The notes beneath the pieces are model-generated. The model was not told where the DNA came from. It searched no databases and saw nothing but the letters and a program-made list of their open reading frames with translations. Made by a program: the position numbers and the translations under genes. Shown here one piece after another: positions 50,769 to 64,000 of a stretch of 64,000 bases of DNA (within the stretch, counting starts at the first letter, position 1; every line of letters starts with the position of its first letter). This stretch comes from the human T2T-CHM13v2.0 reference genome, Homo sapiens. The stretch is from NCBI RefSeq assembly GCF_009914755.1, contig NC_060932.1; one strand, given 5' to 3'.

Positions 50769-51273
50769 CTCAGTGAACTTCTTAAACTCTGCTACATTAA
50801 AGTCCATTGATTTATCTTACACTTTGAGTGAATCTTTTGCCCACGTATGGATTTTGTAATATCATACCTCGATCATTTGGAAATACATGGTTCGCTGGAT
50901 TATATAGATCGTCCCAATGTTAATATAATTCATTATATAATAATAAAAATAATCACATTTGTTAATACCACAATCAGTCGCAGCAGAAAAGTGTTACTAC
51001 TGGAGGCTGTTCAGGCTCAGAATGACAGAACAGTTTCAAAATGCTAATTTTCACTCAAAATGCAAATTATATCACTTAAACAAATACTGTCAGTAAGTTT
51101 CCTTGAAATAACAGAGTCACTTCATTCATTTTTGAGAAACTATCTGCCAAATATTCAAGTATGAGTAACCGTGGTTTGTCAGTCATTTGCTTAAAAAGAA
51201 AAACCAATAGTGTTTCCTGAAAAACTCAAACAATAGCACAATTGCATTTCTTCTAGACAACTGTTTTGCATTA

Positions 51274-51653
<380 letters not shown>

Positions 51654-51709
51654 TCAAGATTTAATAAAATTAAGTTTTTAACTGCTTCATCAAGAACACT
51701 CGAGTAAAT

Positions 51710-52025
51710 TCTTTATTTTAAGTTCAGGAGTACATGTGGAGGATGCACAGGTTTGTTATATAGGTAAACGTGTCATGGTGGTTTGCTGCACGGATCATTC
51801 CATGAGCTAGGTATGAAGCCCAGGATCCATTAACTATTCTTCCTGATGCTCTCCCTCCTCCCCATTCACCCTCTGACAGCATCCAGCATGTGTTTTTCCC
51901 CCACCACGTGTCCATGCGTTCTCCTCATTCAGCTCCCACTTATAAGTGAAAACACGCAGTATTTGGTTTTTTGTTCCTGTGTTAGTTTGCTTAGGATAAT
52001 GGCCTCCAGCTGCTTCCATGTCCCT
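51710..52025 (-). mobile_element. L1PA13-like 3' fragment
   Basis: 'aggtttgttatataggtaaacgtgtcatggtggtttgctgcac...cagctcccacttataagtga..ggataatggcctccagct'. Confidence 0.9.
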
Positions 52026-52262
52026 GAATATGTATTATGTTTATACATGGCAGTGAAGAATACACTGACTAATAGTTTGGTCCCACCATCTTGTATTTGT
52101 ACCACATTTGTGCCAGCAGCTGTATGCACATGGCCTTTGCTGTATCAGTGCAGATGTCAACACAGTTAAAATAAATAAATAAATGAACAAACAAACACAT
52201 ACATACATAAATAAGGCAAGAGGGCAATTACTATCTTAGTGTTATTATGAAAGTAGGTTTCA

Positions 52263-52974
<712 letters not shown>

Positions 52975-54060
52975 TTAGAATTCATGACCCTTTCCTAGCA
53001 CCAGATTTCCTCGATGAGTTTATCTAAACCTCTCTTCATAACTGGAGTCATAAAGACAGAAGAGTAGCCCTAATATTCCTGTTACCCTCTCCTTCCACTG
53101 AGATTCTGAAACAAGGAATGTGAAGTATGGCTGGGGGGAGGGCGGGGGGAGGATAATTCAAACGTGAGCACCCACTCACACCTGCCCCCAGCCTGGGGTA
53201 CCAACACTGGGTGGTAGAACAAAAAGGACAGTGAACTTTATCAAGGTCCCCACAGGGTGTCTGAGGCCCTTCCAAGCCCTTTCTGAGCAGTTTTCAGGAA
53301 ACATCCCCCTTTTTGCAGGACTGTTTAATCTCTTTTTCCTATTAATTTCTCCTGACAACTACCGTTAGCCACATAAGTAATGATTTCTCTTCTAGGTCAG
53401 CCTCTCCATAACTATTTATAATCCTACATGAAGTCATTCCTCTTTTCAGTTCAAGATGACTGATAAAAAAAAAAAAAAACCAAACAACTTATTATGTCAG
53501 TTCATAGAAACAGAATTTCAAAGGGTAGTTTGCGGACAGAGTGACCCGATAGGTAATTATTTTCCCTTGCACCTAGTTCTCTAACCAGCCGCAAGCCTTT
53601 ATCACCACCTCCACCTCCTCATCCCTGATTAGTGACTTTGAAGAATCAGCAGGGACTCAGAGAGTTGGGGAAGGAAGAAGGGGGATGAGATTTGCATCAA
53701 GGCACAAGGATTTTAGGGTATTAATAAATCCCCCAAATGTGTCAGCTGCAGAGCTTGGGATGAGATTAGGAAATCTGTAAAAAGCCTCTGAAATAAATGT
53801 CAGAGAAGAGACTATTTAGGGTTTGGTATCAGGTTGAAACTGATAAGATTTCACAACAGTAAAAATAGGTAAATGCAATCCGTCTCAGCCTTCTTCCTCT
53901 GGAGCCACCAGGAGGACATTCTCTGTGACCTTCAGGATTTAGTCAAATGGGTATAAAGGAGTTTAGTTAAAACATTCTCCCAAAGACAGCCACACAGCAA
54001 CAGACTGCAGGCTGAGAATTTCTCTATTCCCATCCTCCCTGTCAATTAGTCCCTTATCTA

Positions 54061-54579
<519 letters not shown>

Positions 54580-54919
54580 TCAAAACCATGTAAAGAATAG
54601 AAAAAGAGGACATTATAACCTGATGCTAAAAGCAGACAAAAAGTACAGGTCAATCTCACAAGCAGACATACAAAAGCCCTAACAAGTCTTATCATGTATA
54701 AAATTGTATAAAGGTATAAAAATAATTACTACATCATGGCCAAGTTTATTCCAATTATGCAAACATGGTGAAACATTAGAAAAATCTGAAAATGCAATTC
54801 ACTATATGAACAGATTAAGAATAAACAAACAAAAGATACTTTCCTCATACTGAAAAGCATTCAACAAAATTCCATACATGTTGGTGATTTAAAAAATAAA
54901 AAATGAAACTCTTGGAGCC

Positions 54920-55201
54920 AGCCAGGAGCAGTGGCTCACGCCTGTAATCCCAGCACTTTAGGAGGCCAAGGTGGGCAGATCACCTGAGGTCAGGAGTTCG
55001 AGACCAGCCTGGCCAACATGGTGAAACCCCGTCTCTACTAAAAATACAAAAATTAGCTGGGCGTGGTGGCACGCATCTGTAATCCCAGCTACTCATGCAG
55101 CTAAGGCATGAAAATCACTTGAACCTGGGAGGTGGAGGTTGCTGTGAGCTGAGATCCTGCCACCGCACTCCAGTCTGGGCAACAGAGCAAGACTCCATCG
55201 C
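54920..55201 (+). mobile_element. Alu (AluSx-like)
   Basis: Full dimer; tail expanded into a GAAA array. Confidence 0.96.
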
Positions 55202-55347
55202 AAAAAAAGAGAAAGAAAGAGAGAGAGAAGAGAGAAAGAAAGAAAAAGAAAGAAAAAGAAAGAAAGAAAGAAAGAAAGAAGGAAGAAAAAAGAAAGAAAG
55301 AGAAAGAAAGAAAGAAAGAAAAAGAGAAAGAAAGAAAGAAAGAAAAA

Positions 55348-55411
<64 letters not shown>

Positions 55412-55415
55412 AAAG
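55202..55415 (+). repeat. Compound (GAAA)n polypurine tract
   Basis: 214 bp containing only A and G. Confidence 0.98.
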
Positions 55416-56132
55416 TCTTAGGAAACTTGGACTATAAGAGAATTTCCTAAATCTAATAAAGGTGTCTACAGATCCTTAAGAAAAGTACTGACAAAATATT
55501 CAAAGTATTCCCTGTAATTTCTGGAGCAAGAAAAAAGTTTTTCACTATTACTATTCATAAAATTATTCCAGAAGTTTGGCAAGTACAATAAAATAAGGCA
55601 AAAAAGATTTCAGATTCCTTAAAAGCTTAGCTTTTAAAATCACCAACATGCTAACTGCTTTCTAATGCTACTTTCCAAACATCACTCATCCATGACTGTG
55701 GGTTGGACTTTGCTCCATTACAGGCCAATGTCATTTCCATTTCAGTTCATGCCAGCTTCTAATGTCTATTCCTGAGCCAGTCCCAGGCAACCTTTTCTAT
55801 ACTATGTCTGATGCCCATAGCTTTCTTGTGTTTGATAAACCCAGCAGAGTCTATGAAAACCACCAGAAAAAAAGGGAGTTTGAAGCAGCTGTATTCATAC
55901 AGTTTAGTACAATCACTGGGATGAGATTTGGACTTGGAAGTTATCATTGAGAATGAATCCTGACCCCATACTTTCTGAGCACTGGGCTTTAGTTAAGCTG
56001 TTTTATTCCTCAAAGCCTCAGTTTCCTGATCTGTAAAATGGAGGTATAATCCCTTCATTGTCAGATTTCTATTATATAAGGATAAAGTAAGAAAATGTAG
56101 GTAAATTACTATTATTTTCAAGTGCTCCATGA

Positions 56133-56173
56133 TACACATACACACACACACACACGCACACATGCACACACAC
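56133..56173 (+). repeat. (CA)n microsatellite, interrupted
   Basis: Read directly. Confidence 0.9.
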
Positions 56174-56319
56174 AGAGAGCAGCCTATCTCTCCCATTAGG
56201 ACTATGATAATGGGAGTTCATTATTTTGGGCACTGTGTATTATCCCCAGTAACTAGGATACTCTATATGTTTAATGCTCTATATAATGAAAAACTGGGCA
56301 GATGGATACATTAATGACA

Positions 56320-56375
56320 ATTTTTTTTTTTTTTTTTTTTTTTTTTTGCTTTGCTTTGCTTTGCTTTGCTTTGCT
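56320..56375 (+). repeat. Poly(T) followed by (TTTGC)n
   Basis: Read directly. Confidence 0.92.
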
Positions 56376-57204
56376 AAGCATCTCCAGGATAGAAAAGCCA
56401 ATGGGAAAGAAATGGACGTAGAAACCATGACTTGGAAGCAGAAGTTGAGTCAAGGACACACCTGCAGAGAAATCACTCAAAACTCCCACAGCATCAGGCT
56501 CTGCCAAGTTTTTGTCCTTCATTCCTCAGAGTTTGATCTTCAAGCACAACACGGCCACATGTTTCCTTCACAGACTTTTACAGTCTTCAAATCCTTCTCG
56601 TGAACATATTGTCATTAGATTTTTGCAATAGCCTGCTAAGGTAGGAAACACAACTATTAGTGTCCTCATTTCACAAACAAGGAAAGTGAGGTTTAGAGAG
56701 GCTGAGCAAGCTGCTCTGATGTCTCACCAAGTGCTGGTTCCATCATGTGGCATGGCCTGACCAATGCGAAGCAGGAATGCAAATAAGAATCATATTGGCT
56801 GTGAGAAACTGCTTTTCCATTGCAACAAAATCATGGAGACTGCATCCCAGTCTTGTGTAACAAGCAGGAGGCTTCCAGGAGAGGAGCTGAGGTTCTAATT
56901 CTGAGCCTGCTTTTATTAGCTGCCATTTGGCTTGGAGAAAGGGAACTACGGGACTTCACAATGAAAAAGATTGGAGTTTGAATCTCGACTCTGTCACTAT
57001 CTGTATAACCTTAGGCAAGTTACTTTATCTCTTTGAGTCATAGTTTTGCAATCTACAAAAATGGGATGATATCCAATTTTGAAGCTTAATTGAGATTACT
57101 TAGCAAAGTACCTGGAATCTAGTTGGAGTTCTATCAATAGTAATTCTCCATTTTCTCTTCCCTACTCATTTCTTCCTTTGTGAACTGGAAAGAAACACTA
57201 TACC

Positions 57205-57435
57205 ATAAGAGCATGGACTTCAGAGCCAGGCGGCCTGGGTTTCAATTCTAGCTCAGCTATTTGTTGGCCATGTGATCTTGGGCAAATTATTTAACCTTGC
57301 TGTGCCTTAGTTTGCTCATCTGTAAAATGGGGATAACGATAGTACTGACCTCACAGGGTTGTAATGAAGATAAAATGAGTTAACATTTGTAAAGTGCTCA
57401 GAACGCCTACTGGCATAGAGTAGGTGTTATATATA
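57205..57435 (+). mobile_element. MIR, near full length (best preserved of many MIRs in the window)
   Basis: 'aagagcatggacttcagagccagg..cctgggtttcaattctagctc..tgtgatcttgggcaaattatttaacc..ctcatctgtaaaatggggataa'. Confidence 0.9.
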
Positions 57436-59189
57436 TAGTTTTTGAATAAAAAATAACCAGGCTCACAGAACATTTGTGAAAAAGACACCTGTGAAAATAT
57501 TTTTGAAAGTTAAAAGAGCTAGACCAAGAAAGAGAAATACTAAAGCATCTCTCTGAAGCAACAGGAAGTATGGAGTCCTTACAATTTCACAGGCACTGCA
57601 TAAGATACAAAACGATTAGGTCAGAATCATTCATTCAGCAGACATTTGTTGTGTGCCTATTACGCACCAGCCATTTTGCTAAGCCCTAGAGATACGATGG
57701 TTAGCAACAGAGCCAAGGCCATTGCCCTTGTACAGCTACCATTCAGAGGAAAGGGAGTTGGAAATTTTAGGAAAAGGGAAAAAATAAATCAATAGGACAG
57801 CTACACTTTGTAATAAGTGGTTAGAAGGAAACAGATGCTTTGCTGTGATCATGGACAATGGCAGGAAAGGATGCTTTAGATAAAGGCGTCAATGAAGGTT
57901 TCTCCAAAAAGATGACACAGGCTGAGACCTAAAGGCTGTGGAGGTTTTGTTCATGGAGCTTAAAACAGTCTAGTGGGGTTGGGAGGATCCCACAGGAGCA
58001 TAAATATGGAGACTCTAACGGAACCTTCCTCACAGGATGGTTCTGAGGAGTAAACAAACTGTAGTATGAGAAACGCTTGGCACAAGGCCTGGCGCATAGT
58101 AAATGCTAAATATCCTTACTGTCTTCCTGGGAAAGTGCATCACTCACAGCAGCACCCGTGGTCCCTGCATGGTCAGCTAGAGCACCGTTCTGGGGCCAGC
58201 CCCACCTGTCTGAACAGCATCCACTCAGGAATTCATTCAGTGACTCACTCAAACCAAGACACATTTATTTAGTGTATTTATGAGCCACCTAAAAGATATA
58301 AATGATACAAATATGACTCCAACTCTGCCCTCCAGGGACTCACAGCCCAGTGGGAGAAATAGAAACATGCAAATTCCCAAGGACGCAGCCTGGCGTCTAA
58401 GGAAGTAACGCTGTTCACTTTGGAACTGAGGATGGGGTGGCCTGTAGATTCTCACAAGACATGGGACAGTGGGTCAGGAATGTCTGGCTACGTGGAGAAG
58501 GGGTTGCCACATATCAGATGAGCTTCCAGTTTGCCAGCGTGCTGGATCAATGAGTGATAACGTAATACCTGGCCCATTGCACAGGGTCCATGGGCAAGCC
58601 CTGGGGCATAGAGTTGGGAGGGATGTGAACCCAAAGAACAGAGAATCCAGACACCGAAGATGGACAAACTGTCACACCCCCATCCCAGGGCAAGAGTGCA
58701 GGAGCCAGAGAGCATAAAAAGCATGGCCATTCTCGCCCAGCTTCAGAGGAAACCACAATCCAAAGGTGCCCCTAGCATTCCAGCTTCCAGTCCTCTGCTG
58801 ACTTTGTCCTCTGACTGGAATTCTCTTTCTGTTCCCCATCTTCCAGATTCAGTGCCCAGCTTGCAAGTTCCTTTCTGTTTCTCTAATTGTTACAGTCTGC
58901 AGTCATCACCACCACCCCCTCAAACTGTCACAACATGTGTCTGCAAGACTCAGATCCTTCTTTCATCAGACCATCATGTATTAGGCACCTTTCAGTGCTA
59001 AGTGCTAGAGATAGAACATATGCAATATACTGTCCAGGGTGCCAGGAGAATCAGGCAGACATCCTGCCCTTAACACAAGGTCAGCACTGAAAGAGACACA
59101 AGTAAAGGGAATGGGACAGTGGCAAAGAAAAGATTTCATGCTTCCACTGTTTCCTGTTTCCCCACACCACATTGCCAAGTCCTTCTTTC

Positions 59190-59626
59190 CTTCATTTATT
59201 TGTTCATTGAAAAATATTTACTGAGTGCATGCTTCCAAGTGATTAGAGCACTTCAGTGAATAAAACAGACCAAACTGATCAGTGAGGTGATATTTTAGTG
59301 AAGGCATGAAAGAGGTAAGGAGACAATCACATGGACATCGGAGGGAGGAGTGATACAGTGCAAAGGCCCTGAGGTAAGCAGGGTCTAGGACCTGAGGTCA
59401 GAGTGGCTGGAGCAGAGTGAGCTTGGAGAAAGTAGAAGGGAGTGGAGGACAAGAAACAACAGATGAGTCATTGAAAGGCCTTTATCTCTTACTCTGAGCA
59501 AAGTCGGGAGTCTCTGGGAGATTTTGTGTCGAAGAGAAACATGATGTAACTAACATTTAGGAGGCTGTTGCAATAGTACAGGAAAGAGATGATAGTGGCT
59601 TCCACCAGGTGAGAAGCAAAGTATAG
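59190..59626 (+). mobile_element. L2 remnant
   Basis: 'ttcatttatttgttcattg..atttactgagtgc', 'cagtgcaaaggccctgagg', 'gtggctggagcagagtgag', 'aggaggctgttgcaatagt'. Confidence 0.8.
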
Positions 59627-59680
59627 ATTGATTGATTGGTGTTTTGATGTATCACACTTTTACTACAAGAGTAGGTTTAT

Positions 59681-60327
<647 letters not shown>

Positions 60328-60332
60328 TATTT

Positions 60333-62154
60333 AATTTTTTTTTTTTTAATTCAATAGCTTTAGTAGTACAAGTGGTTTTTAGTTACATGGATCAACTGTA
60401 CAGTGGTGAAGTCTGGGCTTTTAAACCTGAATAGTGTACATTGTGCCTGATAGGTAATTTTTTATCCCTTATCTCCCTCCCACCCTTCCCACTCCAGTGT
60501 CCATTATACCACTCTGCATGCCTTTGAGTACCAGCTTAGCTCCCACTAATAAGCGAGAACATGAGGTATTTGGTTTTCTGTTCCTGAGTTACTTCACTTA
60601 GAATAATGACCTCCAGATCCATCCAAGTTACTGAAAAAGACATATTTCATCCTTTTTTATGGCTAAGTAGTATTCCGTGGTGTATATATATCACATTTTT
60701 TTAATCTAGTCATCAGTTAATGGGCACTTGGGTTGATTCTACGTCTTTGCAATTGTAAATTGTGCTGCAATAAACATACTCGTGCAAGTTTCTTTTTGAT
60801 ATAATGACTTCTTTTCTTTTGGGTAGATTATCTAGTAGTGGGATTGCTGGTAGATTAAATGGTAGATCTACTTTTAATTCTTGGAGAAATCTCCATACTG
60901 TTTTCCATAGAGGTTGCACTAATCTACATTCCCACCAGCAGTGTATAAACATTCCTTTTTCACCACATCTGCACCAACATCTATTGTTTTTTGACTTTTT
61001 AATAATGGCTATTCTAGCTGGGGTGTGGTGGCAATTTGTGGTTTTAATTTGCATTTCCCTGATGATTAGTGATGTTGAGCATTTTTTCATATGTTTGTTG
61101 GCCATTTGTATGTCCTCTTCTTCTGAGAAATGTCTGTTCATATAATTTGCACCCCCCCCCCCTTTTTTTTTTTTTTTTTTTGAGACAGAGTCTTGCTCTG
61201 TCACCCAGGCTGGAGTGCAGTACAATCTCAGCTCACTGCAACCTCAACCCGCTGGGCTCAGGTGATCCTCCCGCTTCAGCCTCCTGAGTAGCTGGGACTA
61301 CAGGTGCGTGCCATCACACCTGGTTAATTTTTATAGTTTTTGTAGAAACAGAGTTCTGCCATGTTGCCCAAGCTGTTCTCAAACTCCTGAGCTCAAACAA
61401 TCTGTTCACCTTGGCCTCCCAAAGTGCTGGGATTACAGGCATGAGCCACCATCCCCAGCTATTTGCCCACTTTTTGGTGGTATTATTTTTTTTTCTTGCT
61501 GATTTGTTTGGGTTCCTTGTAGATTCTGGATATTAGTCCTTTGTTAGATATACACTTCGCAAATATTTTCTTCCATTTTATAGGTTTTCTGTTTATTCAG
61601 AAGCTTTTTAGTTTAATTAGTTTCCATTTTTTAATTTTTATTTTCATTGCATTTGTCTTTGGGGTCTTAGTCATAAATTCTTTGCCTAGGCTAATGTTCA
61701 GAAGAGTTTTTCCTAGGTTTTCTTTTAAAATTTGAATGGTTTCCGGTCTTAGATTTAAGGCTTTGATCCATCTCGGGTTGATTTTTGTATATGGTGAGAG
61801 ACAGAGATCCAGTTTCATTCTTCTACGTGCAGCTTGCCAGTTTTCTCAGCACCACTTATTGAATATGGTCTCCTATCCCCAGTGTAAGTTTTTGTCTGCT
61901 TTGTCGAAGATCAGCTGGTTATAAGTATTTGGCTTTATTTCTGGGTTCTCTGTTTTGCTCCACTGGTCTATGTGTCTACTTTTATATCAGTACCCTGCTG
62001 TTTTGGTTACGATAGCCTTGTAGTATAATTTGAAATCAGGTGATGTGATGCCTCTAGATTTGTTCTTTTTGTTTACAATTTGCTTTGGCTAGTCAGGCTC
62101 TTTTTTGTTTCCATACTAATTTTAGAGCTGTTTTTTCTAATTCTGTGAAAATGA
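60333..62154 (-). mobile_element. L1PB-like L1, non-inverted 3' part
   Basis: 'tacaagtggtttttagttacatgga..cagtggtgaagtctgggc' 3' UTR; ORF2 C-terminal peptide '[23 protein letters not shown]...[20 protein letters not shown]'. Confidence 0.93.
61163..61460 (-). mobile_element. Alu (AluJ) nested in L1
   Basis: 'ctgggctcaggtgatcctcc', 'ccatgttgcccaagctg', 'ctcctgagctcaa'. Confidence 0.93.
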
Positions 62155-62857
62155 CAGCATCCTTTTATGACAAAAACCCTCAACAAACTAGGCATAGAAG
62201 GAATATACCTCCAAATAATAAAAGTCATCTATGAAAAACCCACAGCCAACATCAATTTGAACAGGGGAAAGTTGAAAGCATTCCCTCTAAGAACTGGAAC
62301 AGGACAAGAATGCCCACTTTCACCACATCTATTCAACATAGTACTAGAAGTCCTAGCCAGAGCAATCAGGCAAGAGAAACAAATAAAGGGCATCAAAATT
62401 GGAAAAGAGGAAGTCAAATTATCTCTGTTTGCCAATGATAATGATCTTATACCTAGAAAACCCTAAAGACTCCTCCAAAAGACTCCTATATTTGGTAAAT
62501 GAATTCAGTAAAGTCTCAGGTTACAAAATCAATGTACATAGATCACTAGCACTGTTATATACCAACAATGACCAAGCTGAGAATCAAATCAAAAACTCAA
62601 TCACTTCTACAATAGCTACAAAAAAAAATAATAAAATACCTAGGAATATACTTAACCAAGGAGGTTAAAGATCTCTACAAGGAGAACTACAAAACACTGA
62701 TGAAAGAAATCATAGATGACACAAACAAATGGAAAAGCATCCATTTGGAAGAATGGATAGCAGAATCATGGATTGGAAGAATCAATATCCTGAAAATGAC
62801 CATAGTGCCCAAAGCAATCTACAGATTCAATGCAATTCCTATCAAAACATCAACCTC
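62155..62857 (+). mobile_element. Inverted 5' part of the same L1 (ORF2 RT region, disrupted)
   Basis: Translates as '[60 protein letters not shown]' and '[21 protein letters not shown]'; the FADD motif is mutated and frameshifted. Confidence 0.95.
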
Positions 62858-63163
62858 GGCCAGACACGGTGGCTCACACCTGTAATCCTAGCACTTTGGG
62901 AGGCCGAGGTGGGTGGATCACCTGAGGTCAGGAGTTCGAGACCAGCCTGACCAACATGGAGACACCCCATCTCTACTAAAAATACAAAAATTAGCCGGGT
63001 GTGATGGGGCACTCCTGTAATCCCAGCTACTCGAGAGGCTGAGGTAGGAGAATCGCTTGAACTCGGGAGACGGAGGTTGCGGTGAGCCGAGATCTCACCA
63101 TTTCTCACCATTGCACTTAAGCCTGGGCAACAAGAGCAAAACTCCGCCTCAAAAACAAAAAAA
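62858..63163 (+). mobile_element. Alu (AluSp-like)
   Basis: 'ctgaccaacatggaga', 'gttgcggtgagccgag', 'caacaagagcaaaactccg'; internal 10-bp duplication tctcaccatt. Confidence 0.95.
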
Positions 63164-64000
63164 AATTGATTGATTGACTGAATTGAAGGAAAAAAAAAAA
63201 CCCTAAACAGTACTTGGAATTTGAGCTGCCGCCAGGTGCAAGGTCCCATTGCACCACTGAGAGCAGACATACTAAGTGAGGCCATGTAATCTGCCCCCTT
63301 CAGGCAGGGTCAGGATGGTGCTGACCTAGCTGCAGCTTTTGTTGTGGAGCACTGAGCAGGCAGTCTGGACACAGTGCACACTGGACCAAGGTCTCATTCA
63401 CTGGGACCAAGAGCCACCAGAGAGATGCTTATATTTGCACAGGAAAGCATTGAAAATGTAAACAAACATGCACTTCCATCATACCACAAACTTCTAACTA
63501 TCAAACAGCTTCAAAATTAAAAGAGACGTCCAAATGCCCATCTCCTGCCCTCCCAGTTTGCCATACTCCAAGGGCTGCCCTGGAATTCAGTTCAGAAGCC
63601 TGGTCAAGAGACCTTCATAGAACTCAGAGGGGCAAAATGTGATGATTCAGAACTAGTCCCAATTTGTGAAATCCGGTGTGCACTGGAATGCAAAAGGAGA
63701 TGCTGTGACTGAATATTGAGAGAGAAATCAATTTACCACAGGCTGGATCAGCTCGCTTTGCCTGAGCCTCACTCTGCCCCTTCCCCCAAATTCTACAGAC
63801 TCATCAGAGCAAAGTATTCTGTGCTGATTCTGGCTGGAGAGCCAGGGAAGTGAAGAACAGAACAGAACAGCAATCTTTATGATCAAACGAAATCTGTAAG
63901 AACTCATTCTGCAGAATTTTCCAGGAATTCATCTAGGTGAGAAACTACCAGGGGATGGAGAAAAACTCGGGGTCTTAGCTGGTTTTGTTGCCCCAACAAG

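Noticed and set aside
55095-55421. Lys/Glu/Arg-rich 108-aa ORF
   Set aside because: Translation of the GAAA microsatellite
60713-62885. ORFs with real RT/ORF2 homology as a possible active or domesticated reverse transcriptase
   Set aside because: Fragmented, frameshifted L1 ORF2 with the catalytic FADD mutated to FAND; element truncated and inverted

Overview
Primate (catarrhine, most likely human) non-coding genomic DNA, intergenic or deep intronic and dominated by interspersed repeats. I count 31 Alus plus one FLAM. There are also several L1 fragments (one with a twin-priming 5' inversion), MaLR/ERV1/ERVL solo LTRs, a decayed ERVL gag-pro-pol region, DNA-transposon fossils (Charlie1a, MER2, MER44, MER5A, MER20, MADE1), many MIR/L2 remnants and several microsatellites. 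No credible cellular protein-coding gene, tRNA, rRNA or CRISPR array is visible; almost all listed ORFs are Alu-, L1-, LTR- or microsatellite-derived or random. I do not see evidence for a new biological system. The best leads are structural or regulatory: an internally inverted ERVL pol with an intact YIDD codon run, a twin-primed L1 with a possible short 3' transduction, a Charlie1a carrying eight younger insertions, a MADE1 split by an Alu at its loop, a recent 130-bp tandem duplication carrying a hairpin, a strong 36-nt candidate micro-exon and AP-1 motif clusters. Repeat subfamily names come from my recollection of consensus sequences, not from an alignment, and boundaries of old repeats are approximate. 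The locus could not be identified.
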